This document shows, one piece after another, positions 21,626 through 33,836 of a stretch of 45,489 bases of DNA. The translations under genes and the position numbers were made by a program. Every line of letters starts with the position of its first letter. Positions within the stretch are counted from its first letter, which is position 1. The notes below the pieces were generated by a model that was given only the letters and a program-made list of their open reading frames with translations, had not been told where the DNA came from and searched no databases. Origin of the DNA: Guillardia theta CCMP2712 (taxonomy: Eukaryota > Protista > Cryptophyta). Location of the stretch: positions 1 to 45,489 of the forward strand of contig NW_005434473.1 of assembly GCF_000315625.1 (NCBI RefSeq), written 5' to 3'.

Positions 21626-22128
21626 GAATCAGACACTCAGACCATTTCAATCCTGAAAAACGAGATTGAAAATCTGAAAAAACATAACTGTGATCTCCTT
21701 CTCCAAAACAGAGACCTATCCCTCCAATCTGCACAAATCAAGTTGTTGCAGAGGCAAAAAGATGAGTTACACAAGGTCGCTGAAGAAGCGAAAGCAAATA
21801 CTCAAAAGCTTCAAACCCAACTGGATGAAAAGGTTCAGCGTACACTTCAAGCAATCGACCTCCTTGCACACGGTAAACTTCCTTCCTCTCAAAACGAACA
21901 CACGAAGGCAAAAAGGGATGATGGAAAGCAGCAAGACAATACATCTTCGACTCCTCGAACCTCTTCACGATCAAGGAAATCCAACACAAAATATGACTCA
22001 GGTAAAATAGCATGTCTGTTTAAAACTAAGTATGAGCAGGCTATGATTTCTCGTCCGACTTCTCGGACAAAGATGACGACGAATGGCGTAGTTCACAAAA
22101 GAAAACTTCAAAGAAGAGACGACATTAA
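21626..22128 (+). pseudogene. 3' part of the interrupted J-domain-like gene (38-nt intron 22002-22039)
   Basis: ESDTQTISILKNEIENLKKHN...coiled coil. Splicing gives the C-terminus GYDFSSDFSDKDDDEWRSSQKKTSKKRRH*. Confidence 0.7.
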
Positions 22129-22131
22129 ACT

Positions 22132-22537
22132 CGTGATCTTTAAGGCAAGTGTATTAAATAAAACCTTAGCCTCACCTCACCTCAATATGAAGATTCCTCA
22201 ATCAATCAGTCCTCTGTCTCTTGGATCCACAGACTGCCGTTCTGCCCATTGCAAGACTCTAGCTCACGTGATCTTTAAGGCAAGTGTATTAAATAAAACC
22301 TTAGCCTCACCTCACCTCACTATCAAGATTCCTCAATCAATCAGTCCTCTGTCTCTTGGATCCACAGACTGCCGTTCTGCCCATTGCAAGACTCTAGCTC
22401 ACGTGATCTTTAAGGCAAGTGTATTAAATAAAACCTTAGCCTCACCTCACCTCACTATCAAGATTCCCTCAATCAATCAGTCCTCTGTCTCTTGTATCCA
22501 CAGACTGCCTTCTGCCCATTGCAAGACTCTAGCTCAC
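22132..22537. repeat. Tandem repeat, 135-bp unit, 3 copies
   Basis: cgtgatctttaaggcaagtgtattaaataaaacc at 22132, 22267, 22402. Confidence 0.95.
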
Positions 22538-23168
22538 CAATCGCAATGCAAAGCATATCCGCGTGATCAGCGTGCTCAGGGCATGTGTTCTTGACATCCA
22601 AGGCGATGCTGCGCGCAAATGGGGTAAAAAGCATAACAAGCTCAATGTAGAACTGTTGCTGCTTGCACGTAAAACTGTTCCAAAGCAGCACAGTTTGTCT
22701 AATCAGATTCGCCAGCTCTATGCGGTGAGACATCCTGGTCTTCTTCGTTTTGTAGAGGCTTTCTTGGATTTCACGGAGGACTGCCCTCGCGGTCCTGATA
22801 TAAAACACAAAGTTTTCTACCTGCTCGGGAAATTTTGTGACACATTCCATCTTCTTGTTGACCTCAAACTTTTCTTTTGGCAAATAACTAAGATTGACAA
22901 GGGCGACTGCGTCGTCAATATACCCGGCTCTGGAAGTGATGTGTGAGACTGCCCTCTGCAGGTCGGGTTGAAGAACGTAGAGGAGATACCAGTGGTGAAG
23001 CTTCTGGTCATCCTTAAAGCAATTCCACACGGTCCTGATGGTGTAGCAGCTCTTGCTCAGCGCAGTGCAATCAGGCCCGACGATGCCGTCGTATTTCTCC
23101 TCGTCAAACTCATTGAGCTCTTTAAGGAAAGTGCTAATGGCGTTGTTGAAGTGGCCGTTGGTGTTCAT
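22473..23168 (-). CDS. Orphan helical protein (231 aa), paralog of 24213-24923
   Basis: ATG ORF; collinear motifs shared with the divergent neighbour. Confidence 0.7.
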   Translation of the reverse strand: MNTNGHFNNAISTFLKELNEFDEEKYDGIVGPDCTALSKSCYTIRTVWNCFKDDQKLHHWYLLYVLQPDLQRAVSHITSRAGYIDDAVALVNLSYLPKEKFEVNKKMECVTKFPEQVENFVFYIRTARAVLREIQESLYKTKKTRMSHRIELANLIRQTVLLWNSFTCKQQQFYIELVMLFTPFARSIALDVKNTCPEHADHADMLCIAIGELESCNGQKAVCGYKRQRTD

Positions 23169-23245
23169 GGTTGTTGTTACTGTGTCTATTTCGGTCTATT
23201 AGTCTCCAGCTGGGTTGAGGCTTCAGGGTTGACTGAAATAGGGTA

Positions 23246-23995
23246 GTACCCGGTGGGTACTAATGAAAATATGGTACAGACAGGGGGTACTGGGGGTACT
23301 GACTTTACAGGTGGAGTGGGAGTACCCGGTGGTTACTAATGAAAATATGGGACAGACAGGGGGTACTGGGGGTACTGACATTACAGGTGGAGTGGGAGTA
23401 CCCGGTGGTTACTAATGAAAATATGGGACAGACAGGGGGTACTGGGGGTACATAAACCTGACATTACAGGTGGAGTGAGAGTACCTGGTGGTTACTAATG
23501 AAAATATGGGACAGACAGGGGGTACTGGGGGTACATAAACCTGACATTACAGGTGGAGTGAGAGTACCTGGTGGTTACTAATGAAAATATGGGACAGACA
23601 GGGGGTACTGGGGGTACATAAACCTGACATTACAGGTGGAGTGAGAGTACCCGGTGGTTACTAATGAAAATATGGGACAGACAGGGGGTACTGGGGGTAC
23701 ATAAACCTGACATTACAGGTGGAGTGGGAGTACCCGGTGGTTACTAATGAAAATATGGGACAGACAGGGGGTACTGGGGGTACATAAACCTGACATTACA
23801 GGTGGAGTGAGAGTACCCGGTGGTTACTAATGAAAATATGGGACAGACAGGGGGTACTGGGGGTACATAAACCTGACATTACAGGTGGAGTGGGAGTACC
23901 CGGTGGTTACTAATGAAAATATGGGACAGACAGGGGGTACTGGGGGTACATAAACCTGACATTACAGGTAGAGTGAGAGTACCCGGTGGTTACTA
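23246..23995. repeat. Tandem array, 76/83-bp unit, about 9 copies
   Basis: Unit gtacccggtggttactaatgaaaatatgggacagacagggggtactgggggtacataaacctgacattacaggtggagtg(a/g)ga. Confidence 0.97.
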
Positions 23996-24212
23996 TAGTA
24001 ATCTCTGCTACCCGTGTTCGCATAACCACCCCCTCTTTGGAAGTCTAAGTACCCCTCATATTAGCTAATGAGTCGATGACGTGTTTTATAATATGAGTTA
24101 TAAATAGGTACCCCTATTACAGTACCCCCCATATCAACTCTAGTACCCCCCATATCAACATACTACAGTACCCCTATCGACCACCCCCAACTCTACCCAC
24201 GAACATCACAAA

Positions 24213-24923
24213 ATGGCAGTGAGCGCAAAATTCAAACAGTCTCTCTATGCTTTGACCTATGTTGTTGATCGTCAACAGATCGATGAAGATATCAACTTTT
24301 CTACAAAAAACCAATGGACCCGTATTTCCTTCGAAGAGAATTGCCAGAGCATCCTTGACCAGTGGAACAAACTTCCTCAAGATAAACGCGCTCAGCACTG
24401 GTCTCTCCTTCGTGTTCAGAAATACGACTTTCAAAGGGTCAAGCTATGGCTCAAACAAAGCAAAATCCCATCTCCAGCATGCATCAAGATACTCAACATC
24501 ATTGGTCATTCCGACAGCAAGCCCATGCACTTCCAACTCGACAGGTTTGCCACTAAAGTATTTGCCAATATCCAGTCCGCCATCCCTTCCAAGCCAAACA
24601 ACGTCAAAACACTCCTCTGCTCTTTGGCAATCATCAAAAACGCCACAGCACGCTATCGCGGCTGCTTATACAACAAAAAACGCCTCTCCCGAACTCAATG
24701 GAAGCAGTTTGTTGACGCAATCGACATCACCTATCAATGGGCGACACAACTTCGACAAGTTAATCACTCAATGACCAACAAGTTTCTCAAGATCCTTCTT
24801 CTTTCCCCTCGTCATCACATGCGAAAGATCCGAAACAACTACAAATATATGTGTCCGTGGCATACCACTGTTTCTGATGAGTTGCTTGAAAAGTGTAATT
24901 TTCTATATTCACAGTTCGAATAA
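24213..24923 (+). CDS. Orphan helical protein (236 aa), paralog of 22473-23168
   Basis: ATG ORF; AATAAA at and after the stop. Confidence 0.7.
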   Translation: MAVSAKFKQSLYALTYVVDRQQIDEDINFSTKNQWTRISFEENCQSILDQWNKLPQDKRAQHWSLLRVQKYDFQRVKLWLKQSKIPSPACIKILNIIGHSDSKPMHFQLDRFATKVFANIQSAIPSKPNNVKTLLCSLAIIKNATARYRGCLYNKKRLSRTQWKQFVDAIDITYQWATQLRQVNHSMTNKFLKILLLSPRHHMRKIRNNYKYMCPWHTTVSDELLEKCNFLYSQFE

Positions 24924-24957
24924 AACTCATGCAACCATACTCTCAATAAACTTGATT

Positions 24958-25671
24958 TCAACTTGAACTTTTTAATCTCAAACATCTGTAACAAAGCCGA
25001 AGCCTCCCGATCGAAGGATTCGCTACCTTAATATTGACATAATGTTTAAGACTATTCAAAACATTTAAATATACGTCAATTGATCGGTCTTGTCTAATCT
25101 CATTCATAAGGAAATGCGTTATGCTCATTACATGCGACTTGAATTCATCTTTCAAATTTGGATCTACCATCATATCATTGAATTGTTGAATTGTTTCCTC
25201 TTGCTTTCTTCTTTCCCTTCTCGTAGCTTCCTCCCATTGCTCATGCTTTCTGGCTTCATTTTCATCCCTCTGCAATTTATCAAGCCTTTCTTGCAGGTCA
25301 GCAAATATTCTGAGTTGATCTCTTAGCTTGTTCGCAAGAAACTTCAACTCGTCTGTTGTTCCGATCTCTTTTATTCGATTAGCATTCTCATAAATTCCTT
25401 GGAAATCAATGCCATTTTTTGAAAATTCGCCAAAAGACATATGTAGATTTGAAAATAAATTAATCAATTTTCTCAGCAAATTTACCATAGTCCGAATCAC
25501 AGATTGCAGGTCATGGCCGCGCGAGGTTTTCTTTTTCTCATACACTGATGCAAGAAATAGAAATGTTTCTTCCACGAGTTGTTGCATCTCAATGGAAGGA
25601 TTATTTTCACGCCTAAACTCTCTGTAGATGTCGTTGAGGTTTGATTCAAGTGGAGGCAACTCGAGATTCAT
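24958..25671 (-). CDS. Orphan coiled-coil protein (237 aa)
   Basis: Intronless ATG ORF with a TATA-like upstream sequence. Confidence 0.7.
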   Translation of the reverse strand: MNLELPPLESNLNDIYREFRRENNPSIEMQQLVEETFLFLASVYEKKKTSRGHDLQSVIRTMVNLLRKLINLFSNLHMSFGEFSKNGIDFQGIYENANRIKEIGTTDELKFLANKLRDQLRIFADLQERLDKLQRDENEARKHEQWEEATRRERRKQEETIQQFNDMMVDPNLKDEFKSHVMSITHFLMNEIRQDRSIDVYLNVLNSLKHYVNIKVANPSIGRLRLCYRCLRLKSSS

Positions 25672-26426
25672 TTCTATAGTTCAATCAACCTTCTCTTTAA
25701 ATATATACAGTTAATTTGTTTAATGCGTATATTTCTTGCCCCCGGGGGGGGGGTGTTTTTGGTACCATGCTAGGGTGGGGGAGGATGCTGGCCTACATTT
25801 TGACCAGAAAAATACCGGTAATGGTTCAACTTCCGGTACCTTGGCAAAGTAGTTCAAGGGGGAGTATGAGGGTCCACATATCAAAAAAGTTACTAGATGA
25901 CGATTTTAGGGGTGGGGGTACATACCCCTACCCATATTTTCCATTCAATGTCAGATAAAATGTGGGGTAGTATCTAATATACAGGGGTGGTGGTCAGACA
26001 AGTCGGTCAAACTCCAGGCTTAAGACTTTGTGAGGTGAGGGGGTTCAGGGTAGGGGTCATTTGTGGTAAAAATAGGGGTACTTTAAAGGAGGCCGAAGGG
26101 AGGCAACAATAAGTCAAGTTGTTCGGAAGGGGTAGGGTAGTGCAAGGGACAAGAGGGGGTAGGTGGAAGTGGGGTCATGACACAAGTTTCCCGCTGTCCG
26201 GTAACCGAAAATATTGAGCAGATATTCCGAATTATACTTGCCAAACTTGAATGTCTCTGATAAATATTGAATTGACCTTTCAAAAACTTGAAGGTTACAC
26301 TGGAGAAGGATGAACCTGACGAGACCTCAAGCAAAGACTTTTGTTTTGTCTTTTTACAGTGTTTTTTCCTCTCGAAGTTGATCAGAAATGCAGTTGTCAC
26401 TACTGAAACGCAGGAGCAGTCTTGGA

Positions 26427-26467
<41 letters not shown>

Positions 26468-26989
26468 ATGATGATGACGACGACGACGACGACGACGACG
26501 AGGATGAGGGTGAAAGAAGAGAGATGGAGAGAGCATGTGTTGAGATGATGAAGTCGGGGGCTTCTGCAATGAGAGATTTGGTTCACTCAGTTGAACGATC
26601 GTTCGGCCCAAATGTGAAGCATCACTTTAAGTCCATTCAGCGTTGAATTCGATGTGAAAGATACGAATTCCATCTGATATAGCTGGTCAAGCATTCAGAT
26701 TTACACTGCAAGGTGGTTGACCACACGGTATGTGATAGAGAGAATTTTATTGCTTCCCTGTCAGACGATTTTATTGCTTCCCAAGTTCCCTGTCAGACCA
26801 TGCCTCCTCCTCCTCTGCTGTCCTTTTCAACCTCTACCTGATCATTCTCGTTTCTCCTCTCCTCCTATTTGTCTCCTCCTCCTCCCCCTCCCCACCTTTC
26901 CCTTCCTTAACCTACCAACGTCGGGCTACAAAAAAGTTTGTGGTTGTACTCTAAGACGGTCAGCCACCATCCGCGGTTACGGCGAACCC

Positions 26990-28562
26990 ATGGGCCGGAT
27001 GGCGGTAGCGTTGCTGGCGATGGGGCTCGTGTTACTACCGGCAGGGGGCGGGGCGGCGGCGGACGGAGGCGGCAAGATGGGAGGAGGAGAGGAGGGAGGA
27101 GGAGGAGTTGCTCGAGGAGGAGAGTTCGTGCAGACCGTGGACGACCTGGTCTTCAATCACTTCCTCCTGCACTCGCTGCAGAGCCGCGGTTGGTGGTGGG
27201 GGGATCATCAGCAGCGGCGGAAGGGAAAGGAGAGGAGGCGCAAGGGGAGAGAAGCAAGCTGTAAGAACAGCTCGAAGGTGAGGGGATGAGAGCATGCGAA
27301 GGTGGCTGATGGCTGACTTTGCTCATGTTGAGTGCACGGGAAACTCCACCCAGGCAGAGATCGAGTTGCTATGGCGGAGTCGGTACAGGCTGGGGAGACG
27401 GATCGAGGATGGTTCGATGGAGGGTGTCCAGATACGAGCTGCTGAGGACGCGGACGCTGCGGATGCTGTTCGATTCGTGCACTTCTACGAGAGTGAGGCA
27501 GAGCGGGACGAGGTAAGAGGAGGGAGGGAGGGAGGGAGAGAGGGAGGGAGGGCTAAGAACGAGCATGATCTCCTCCCAGGTCCTGAACTTCGTCAACGAG
27601 TTCAACGTCTACGTGCCTGAGCATGCCATGGGCATCATCGAAGTGTTTGAAAGTCCGCATAGCATGATCTGTGCTTCCTCCCTGTCCTGACACCAGCTTG
27701 CTCCTGGTACCCCCAGCCGCAGTCAACGAGCTCTCGTATGAGCATGGAAGCTACGTATGCGTCCTCGAAGGAGGACAGCCTCTCTCCGAGCTGTTGGATC
27801 AGGATCAGGTCAGTCATGCAGACAGCTGCGAACCTGGAAAACATCGAGAATTCTTAAGTGGCGGTCCTTGCGGTACAGGAAGAAGTGTTCACCGTCAAAC
27901 GGGCAGCGAGTCTCCTCAAGGAGGTAGAGACGAGGTCTGCTGTCCATGCTCCTCTTCCTCCTCTTCCTCTTCTTCCTCCTCTTCCTCCTCTTCCTCCTCT
28001 TCCTCCTGCCCCCCCCCCTTCCCTCTTCGACTGACGACGCTCAAGTCTGCTCACCCTCGCACGGCTCAACTATGAGGTTGGAAGCTTCTCATTCCAGACC
28101 ATTTTCTTCGACAGCCAGCGGGTGTTGTTCAACCCTGTCTTGTGAGTGCAAGGGGTTTGAGAGCTTGCATGGCTCCCTCCTCTGATCAGCCGCTGCTTTC
28201 AGGAGCCTGCTTGCTAGACAGGCAGGAGGAGAAACCTTGTACGGAAGCATTGAAAGTCTTCCGCCACTCTGCAAACCTCACAAGTCTCGGAAGATCAGAG
28301 GAGCCGATCATGTCTGGGCATACAGAAACATCGTCTACATGATGGTTTGCTCGCTCCATACCTGGCCAGCTCCTCATGCTAGTTCAAGGTACCTCGTCCT
28401 GGAAACTTGCTCCAAGATTGCCCAGCAAGTCCAGACGATGTCCATCATCCGTAAGAACGCTCTTTGACTTTATCTTACACCTGATGACGGTCGGACAACA
28501 GTGCGACTTTGCAGACTTCAAGGTTGTATTTGTTACAGATCCAAGTTGTAGACCGGTCATAG
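26990..28562 (+). CDS. Multi-exon hypothetical protein with signal peptide (exon structure approximate)
   Basis: MGRMAVALLAMGLVLLPAGGG; successive GC-rich coding blocks separated by GT-AG introns. Confidence 0.55.
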
Positions 28563-31500
28563 CTCCAACTTTTTGCATTCTGGTCGGGAACTTCGCACTT
28601 TACTTTGGTGTTGTTTGGTGTTGACGGTGTGTTTCTAAGAAGCAAATAGTCCTCATCGTAACAGAATTAATCTCATCTCAATGTACAATGAAAAACATTT
28701 TCTAGTTTACTGCTTGTTTCTGTGATATATCTACTAAATCAAATGACCATCATTCCAGCTACATCTTTCTTGCCCGATCGAGCACTCTTCATCAATCGAA
28801 GGCAAGAGGTGTATATTACGTATGCTTTAAACAAACAGGAACCTGAGCACTGACCCACTGGCCTAAGCCTTGTCCAGAATTCTCTGATGATTGATGGAAC
28901 TTGGAAACGGAGTAGAAGATTTCAAAATCAATCTTGCCTTGCTCTCTGACGGATACGATGAACATCTCAGTAGACTGAAATATTCTACATTGATTTTGAC
29001 GTCAGTTGTCCATGATATCCGTTTGATGTCAGTTTGTCCATGATATCCTTTGTAACCAATGCTCTCACATTGGTTCAAGGGCGTCGGTTATGCGATCCTG
29101 ATCAGTGCAACTACAACCTGCGACCGCAACTACATGCAAATACTCACATTCGTGCATGGCCTCACAGTTTCAATTGTTAGAAAAACGTTTGAGACTCCAA
29201 AACAAATTACTTCTCCCTCACTCATCTCGACATCAGCAGGATACATGAAGCCTCTAGCTTCTCCTCAGCATTTCGCCTACTCTAGTCCACAAAATCGTCT
29301 TGTGACCGCCCCTCTCCCACCTTCCATAACTGCATCAGTGACAAGGCTTTGTCAAGATCACTGACTCAAATTGCATTTGCTCGATCGTTGCTGAACACAA
29401 TCTAAATAGTATGCTTCTGATTTCATGATCCTCTACAACACCGTAGTTTACCTCCTCTCCTCCTCCTCTTGGTCACAGCGTTCTACTCTCACCCCTCTCC
29501 TATTCCACCCGTCCGCAAACATTTCCCTTCTAGAACAAGAATAGTCCTGCATGAAACGACCATTGACCTCATGACATCACATGCTTCAGCCCTGCATTCT
29601 CCCATGCTCAACCACGACTACCTGGCATCACACCCTGCGAGCGTCGGAACAAACCCTTTTTTTTTCTTTTTTTTTCCGAAGTTCCTTTACACAGAATCTG
29701 AGACCGTTCACTGGCAACTTGGCAAGCCGCTGAGCCCGGCCCCCCGGGCCCCGGGCCCGCCGGCCGCCACTGGGCTTATGAGCTCATCGCGGCCATCCGA
29801 CTCAAAAAACCGGGCCATTAGCCCAGTGCCGCGCGGCGGCGGCCGGGCCGGGCCGGGCGCTCCCAAGCCAAGTTACTACCGGGATCGGCCTCGTAGTACG
29901 GTCCGGCCACCGGCGCGGCCCCCGGATGGCGGACCCTTGAGCCTCGAACTTGAACTCAGCCTCGGAGCGCACTTAACAAGGAAATCGGTTAAATTAGTGC
30001 AAATTTCCTTAATTTTAAGAGGAAAGTCTTTAATTTCGCTCAGATCCAGGCACAGCAGAACCCTGTCGTACCCCCCACCCCTCTACGCCTCCTTCCCCCT
30101 ACACCCCATACACAAGTACCCTACCCCCCTGGTGCGGCATGGAATTCAGAGAGCACTGGATGCTTTGAAGCTCCTGTGGGGGTACCTACTTTGCCATTAA
30201 AGAACGGGTCTTTTGATACTGAAAAATACCGGTGTTGATGCAAAGATACCCCCAAGTCCTGCTGTTTGTATCAGTACCCCCAAGACAAGACCCCACCCTA
30301 CATTAGCAAGGCATTTGCCTTTACACCCCACTTGTACCACCCCGAGTACTTTCCACCCTGATTCCTTTTTAAGTACCCCTGCACATACAACACAAACTCT
30401 ATTGTACCCCTCTTTTACCCTTGAACTACCCTATCCTTTACCATCAGAATCTTAGACTGATGACCTCCCACCCCACATGTAGAATCCACACACCCTGTTC
30501 TACCAACCTCCGAATACAAAGACCACCCACCTTTTGCATATTCTACCCACCCATGTTTCATTCAGTACCCTTATACAGTATATCTCATACCCACCCTTAA
30601 ATCATGTACCCTACCCATGAGAGAATGTTATCTTGTACTACTACCCCTACAAAAATACCTTCACCCCCTGGTTTCCCACGGACCCCCTTGTTGTTCAAAT
30701 TTGTTTGTTCTGGCACCCGACCCCATGCACTACGCCTTGTTTTGGACCCACCCCCATCTATCCTCCTATATTCACCCCTACCCACTTCAACGAATGTTCC
30801 CTGTAGTTCGATTTATGACCCCTCGTTTGAAGATGGAATAATACCACCGGTACCTCTTCTCAACCATCAGTACCCCATAAGTCTCCCGTAGAGTGTTAGT
30901 GCCCTTAAGTACCCCCTTTTTCTGACATCACCCCTCATATTCACACCATTTTTCCTACACCGGTCATGACAATTTTTTAAGAGAAAATCTTCTCCCTGGG
31001 AACATACCCCAAACAATGTCAAGGCTTTCTACCCTCACCCCCTGTTTTCAAGTGAAAGTACCCGGTACCATGTACCCTCACCTGGTGCGCAAATCAGTAA
31101 AAAATCCTTTACCCCCACCCCCTTATCTTCTACTTGAACATATGTACCGGTGGAGCACCTACCCTAGATCAGAACACCCCCTACCCCTCCATGACAGCTC
31201 TTGGAATACCCCTACCCCTGCTCTAAAGCCTTCTTGCAACCGCGAAGCCCTTCCCGCCCCCCGCCTTCGCTAAGGCTGGTTGTTCGTCCTCCTCCGCCGC
31301 TCCTCCTCCTCCCCCATCGTCATATCCTTGTCTCTTCTTCCTCCTTGATGTGTATTCTTCCATTGCTCAACTGAAATTCGTCTCGTGACTCTCCTTCTCC
31401 TCCACGCTCCCTCCCAACTCGCATTCCTCCTGCGCTATGCCTCCTTCACTTGCGACTCCCCATGCCATTCCCTTGAACCATCCCTCTTCCTTAAAGTCTC

Positions 31501-32085
31501 TTTCGGCATATTCGCTCGTCATTACTGTCATTGCTATATCGATATCCCTGTTCTATCCGATGTCAAATACCTCAATGCTTGCTCGGGCTTGAAGCCCGAC
31601 AGTGAAAGTTTTGATTTTCGAAGTCTTGCCTTTCCTCGTTGTCTTCTAGTTGTGATCTCTGCATGCAGTGCCTGCTTACCTTAGTTTCTCTTGGCATTCA
31701 CCATGCGATAACTGTCAACCTGCCTAATGATTGCACGCTGCCTTGGCAGCGCTGATTTATTGTTCTTGTTGTGTCAGAGTCTAAGTCAACGCAAAGTACT
31801 ACACCTCCTTCTAGTTATGTGTGAAATACTTGTTATGCACCAGATCATTATGGCCGATCAAGTCTGATAGTGATTCGCAGGTTTCTTGGCTCTCTCCCTC
31901 TCTCTCGATTTTGGCTTCTTTACATTACTTCCTGACCAAACGGGCACCTCTTGAACGTACATTCGCAACCTTACAACGAGCATTCCCGGATTTGCAACAT
32001 CTGCAAACTTCAAGAAAAGTGACAACTAGCAACATTCGTCAGAAACAGACTCATAACTAAGAACAACCAACTGAACTAACAAAAC

Positions 32086-33836
32086 ATGCCAATCAACGGA
32101 TACATGAGTGCAGCCGAGGTCCTTATTGGTTGCCCTCCGCCCAAGAACGGACTTGCTCCCTGGGGCTTGAAGACGGCCCAGCCCAACACACCGCCGATTG
32201 TTCCACCCAAGACACAAGCCGTCCCAACACCCATCAGGACTCCTTCGATCAACATCAAACCAGCCGATCCTCCCGTTCAAAGCTCGGAGCTTGTGGCTTC
32301 TGCTGCTGGTGCCCTCCTCGGCCTTCAGAACGATCAGGTGAGAATGATGTGGAGAGGAGGCAGGAGGAGGGGGGTTATTGCTGGGATTCTGTTGATCTGA
32401 TGCGATCTGAACAGTCCCGGATGTCTCACAAACAAGTCGAGCAACATCGCAGGCTCAAGGCCAAGCAGTTCTTCGACGAGTTGCGATGTTTGGTTCCCGC
32501 TGCGCGGGATCCCAAGAACGACAGAAACAAGTATGCCTTGATTGCGATGATGAGCTGTTGAATGGCTGACTTGCAAACAAGGGTGCTGCAGTTGGCTATC
32601 GAGTACCTCAAGGCTCTCAAGAGTGGTCAGGTAACTTGTTCAGTATCAATCAGACATCGGATAACGTCCACATCAGGGTGACTGGCATTCATCTCAATTT
32701 AGAGCCAACGAGCATGCTGCAAGAGATGATGGGAATGGCGAGTTGATGTTCGAGATGGACCCGGAAAACGACAAGGTCAAACCCGCCGATGCCGATGACA
32801 AGTCCAAGAGCTCCGAGCTTTCGGAAACGGACAAGCGATTGAGGTCAGTTGGTTGTTTTGGTCAAGGCTGATCTTTGTAGCTGACGTTTTTGTTTGGTTC
32901 AGCCACAATGAAGTGGAGCAGCGCAGAAGATTTCAGGCGAAGATCCTCTACGATGAACTTGTAATCCTTTCTCTTGGTTGCATCTTCACGTGCTAACATC
33001 GTGTGTTTAGCGTTCTCTCATTCCTAACTCGAGCAAGTACGACAAGAACACAGTCTTGTTCTACACCATCCAGACAATCAAGCAGCTCTCGGGAGTCTCC
33101 GAAGAATCCTTGGCCAAAATGGTGCAGGATCTCGGCAACTCGGAAACAGAGATCGATGAAGACCAGAAGCCTTCCGGCCTTGCTCACGACATGCATTCCG
33201 ACAAGGTGTGCAAGTATCTTGTCGTCTCAGGAGCCTCGCTGAACTCTTTGCAGTCCTTGCCAGTGTCCGAGTCTCCGACAGACATTGCTTCGTTTGCAGA
33301 AACCCTGTGGGGGTCAGGGCAGCGAAGGGGCCAGAAGAGGAGCAACGCTGTCATCAAGGAGGAATCTGAGTCAGACTGCAACCTGGAAGAGCTGGAGAGG
33401 GGTAAGCCTCTGACTTCATCCTCATCCTGTTGAGCTCCAGACTGACCTTCCTCCCCGTGCAGGATCGGACTTGTCAACGGTAGCAAACCTCAACACTGAG
33501 AAGAAGAGGATAAGGAAACTGAGTGAAGACTCCACCTCATCTCTCAAGGGCTCGCTGCCGACTAGCCGCGTTGCCTCGTCGTCAGGCAAGACTGAGTCAG
33601 ACGACGACGGGGACTGCTTGAACGCCCTGAGCCTCCTCTCAGAATGTGCCTTACAGGTAGAACTCTTCTATACCCTCATCTGCCTCCTCCTGACTTTCCT
33701 TGCTCAGGTGCAAGGGTCCGAGCCCAACACGCCTGTACAGGGACCGAGGGGGGGCAATTGGGGAGAGGGCTCTCTGCTGAGATCCCTGCCGACGCTGAGG
33801 CTCTCGGCATCTGAGAGCAAAGTGCTTGCTCGTTGA
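32086..33836 (+). CDS. Transcription factor with two bHLH domains (multi-exon)
   Basis: SHKQVEQHRRLKAKQFFDELRCLVP...DRNK|VLQLAIEYLKAL and SHNEVEQRRRFQAKILYDEL|RSLIP...DKNTVLFYTIQTIKQL. Confidence 0.88.

Noticed and set aside
21743-22594. 283-aa ORF with 45-aa repeats as a standalone gene
   Set aside because: It is better explained as the 3' half of the interrupted gene read through an intron into a DNA triplication.
6978-23995. Tandem arrays near a Cas12-like RuvC gene read as CRISPR arrays
   Set aside because: Units are near-identical along their whole length or reuse the same modules. There are no unique spacers and no cas1/cas2, and the context is eukaryotic.
29469-31273. Pro/Thr-rich ORFs
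   Set aside because: By-products of GC islands and TACCCC-rich noncoding DNA.
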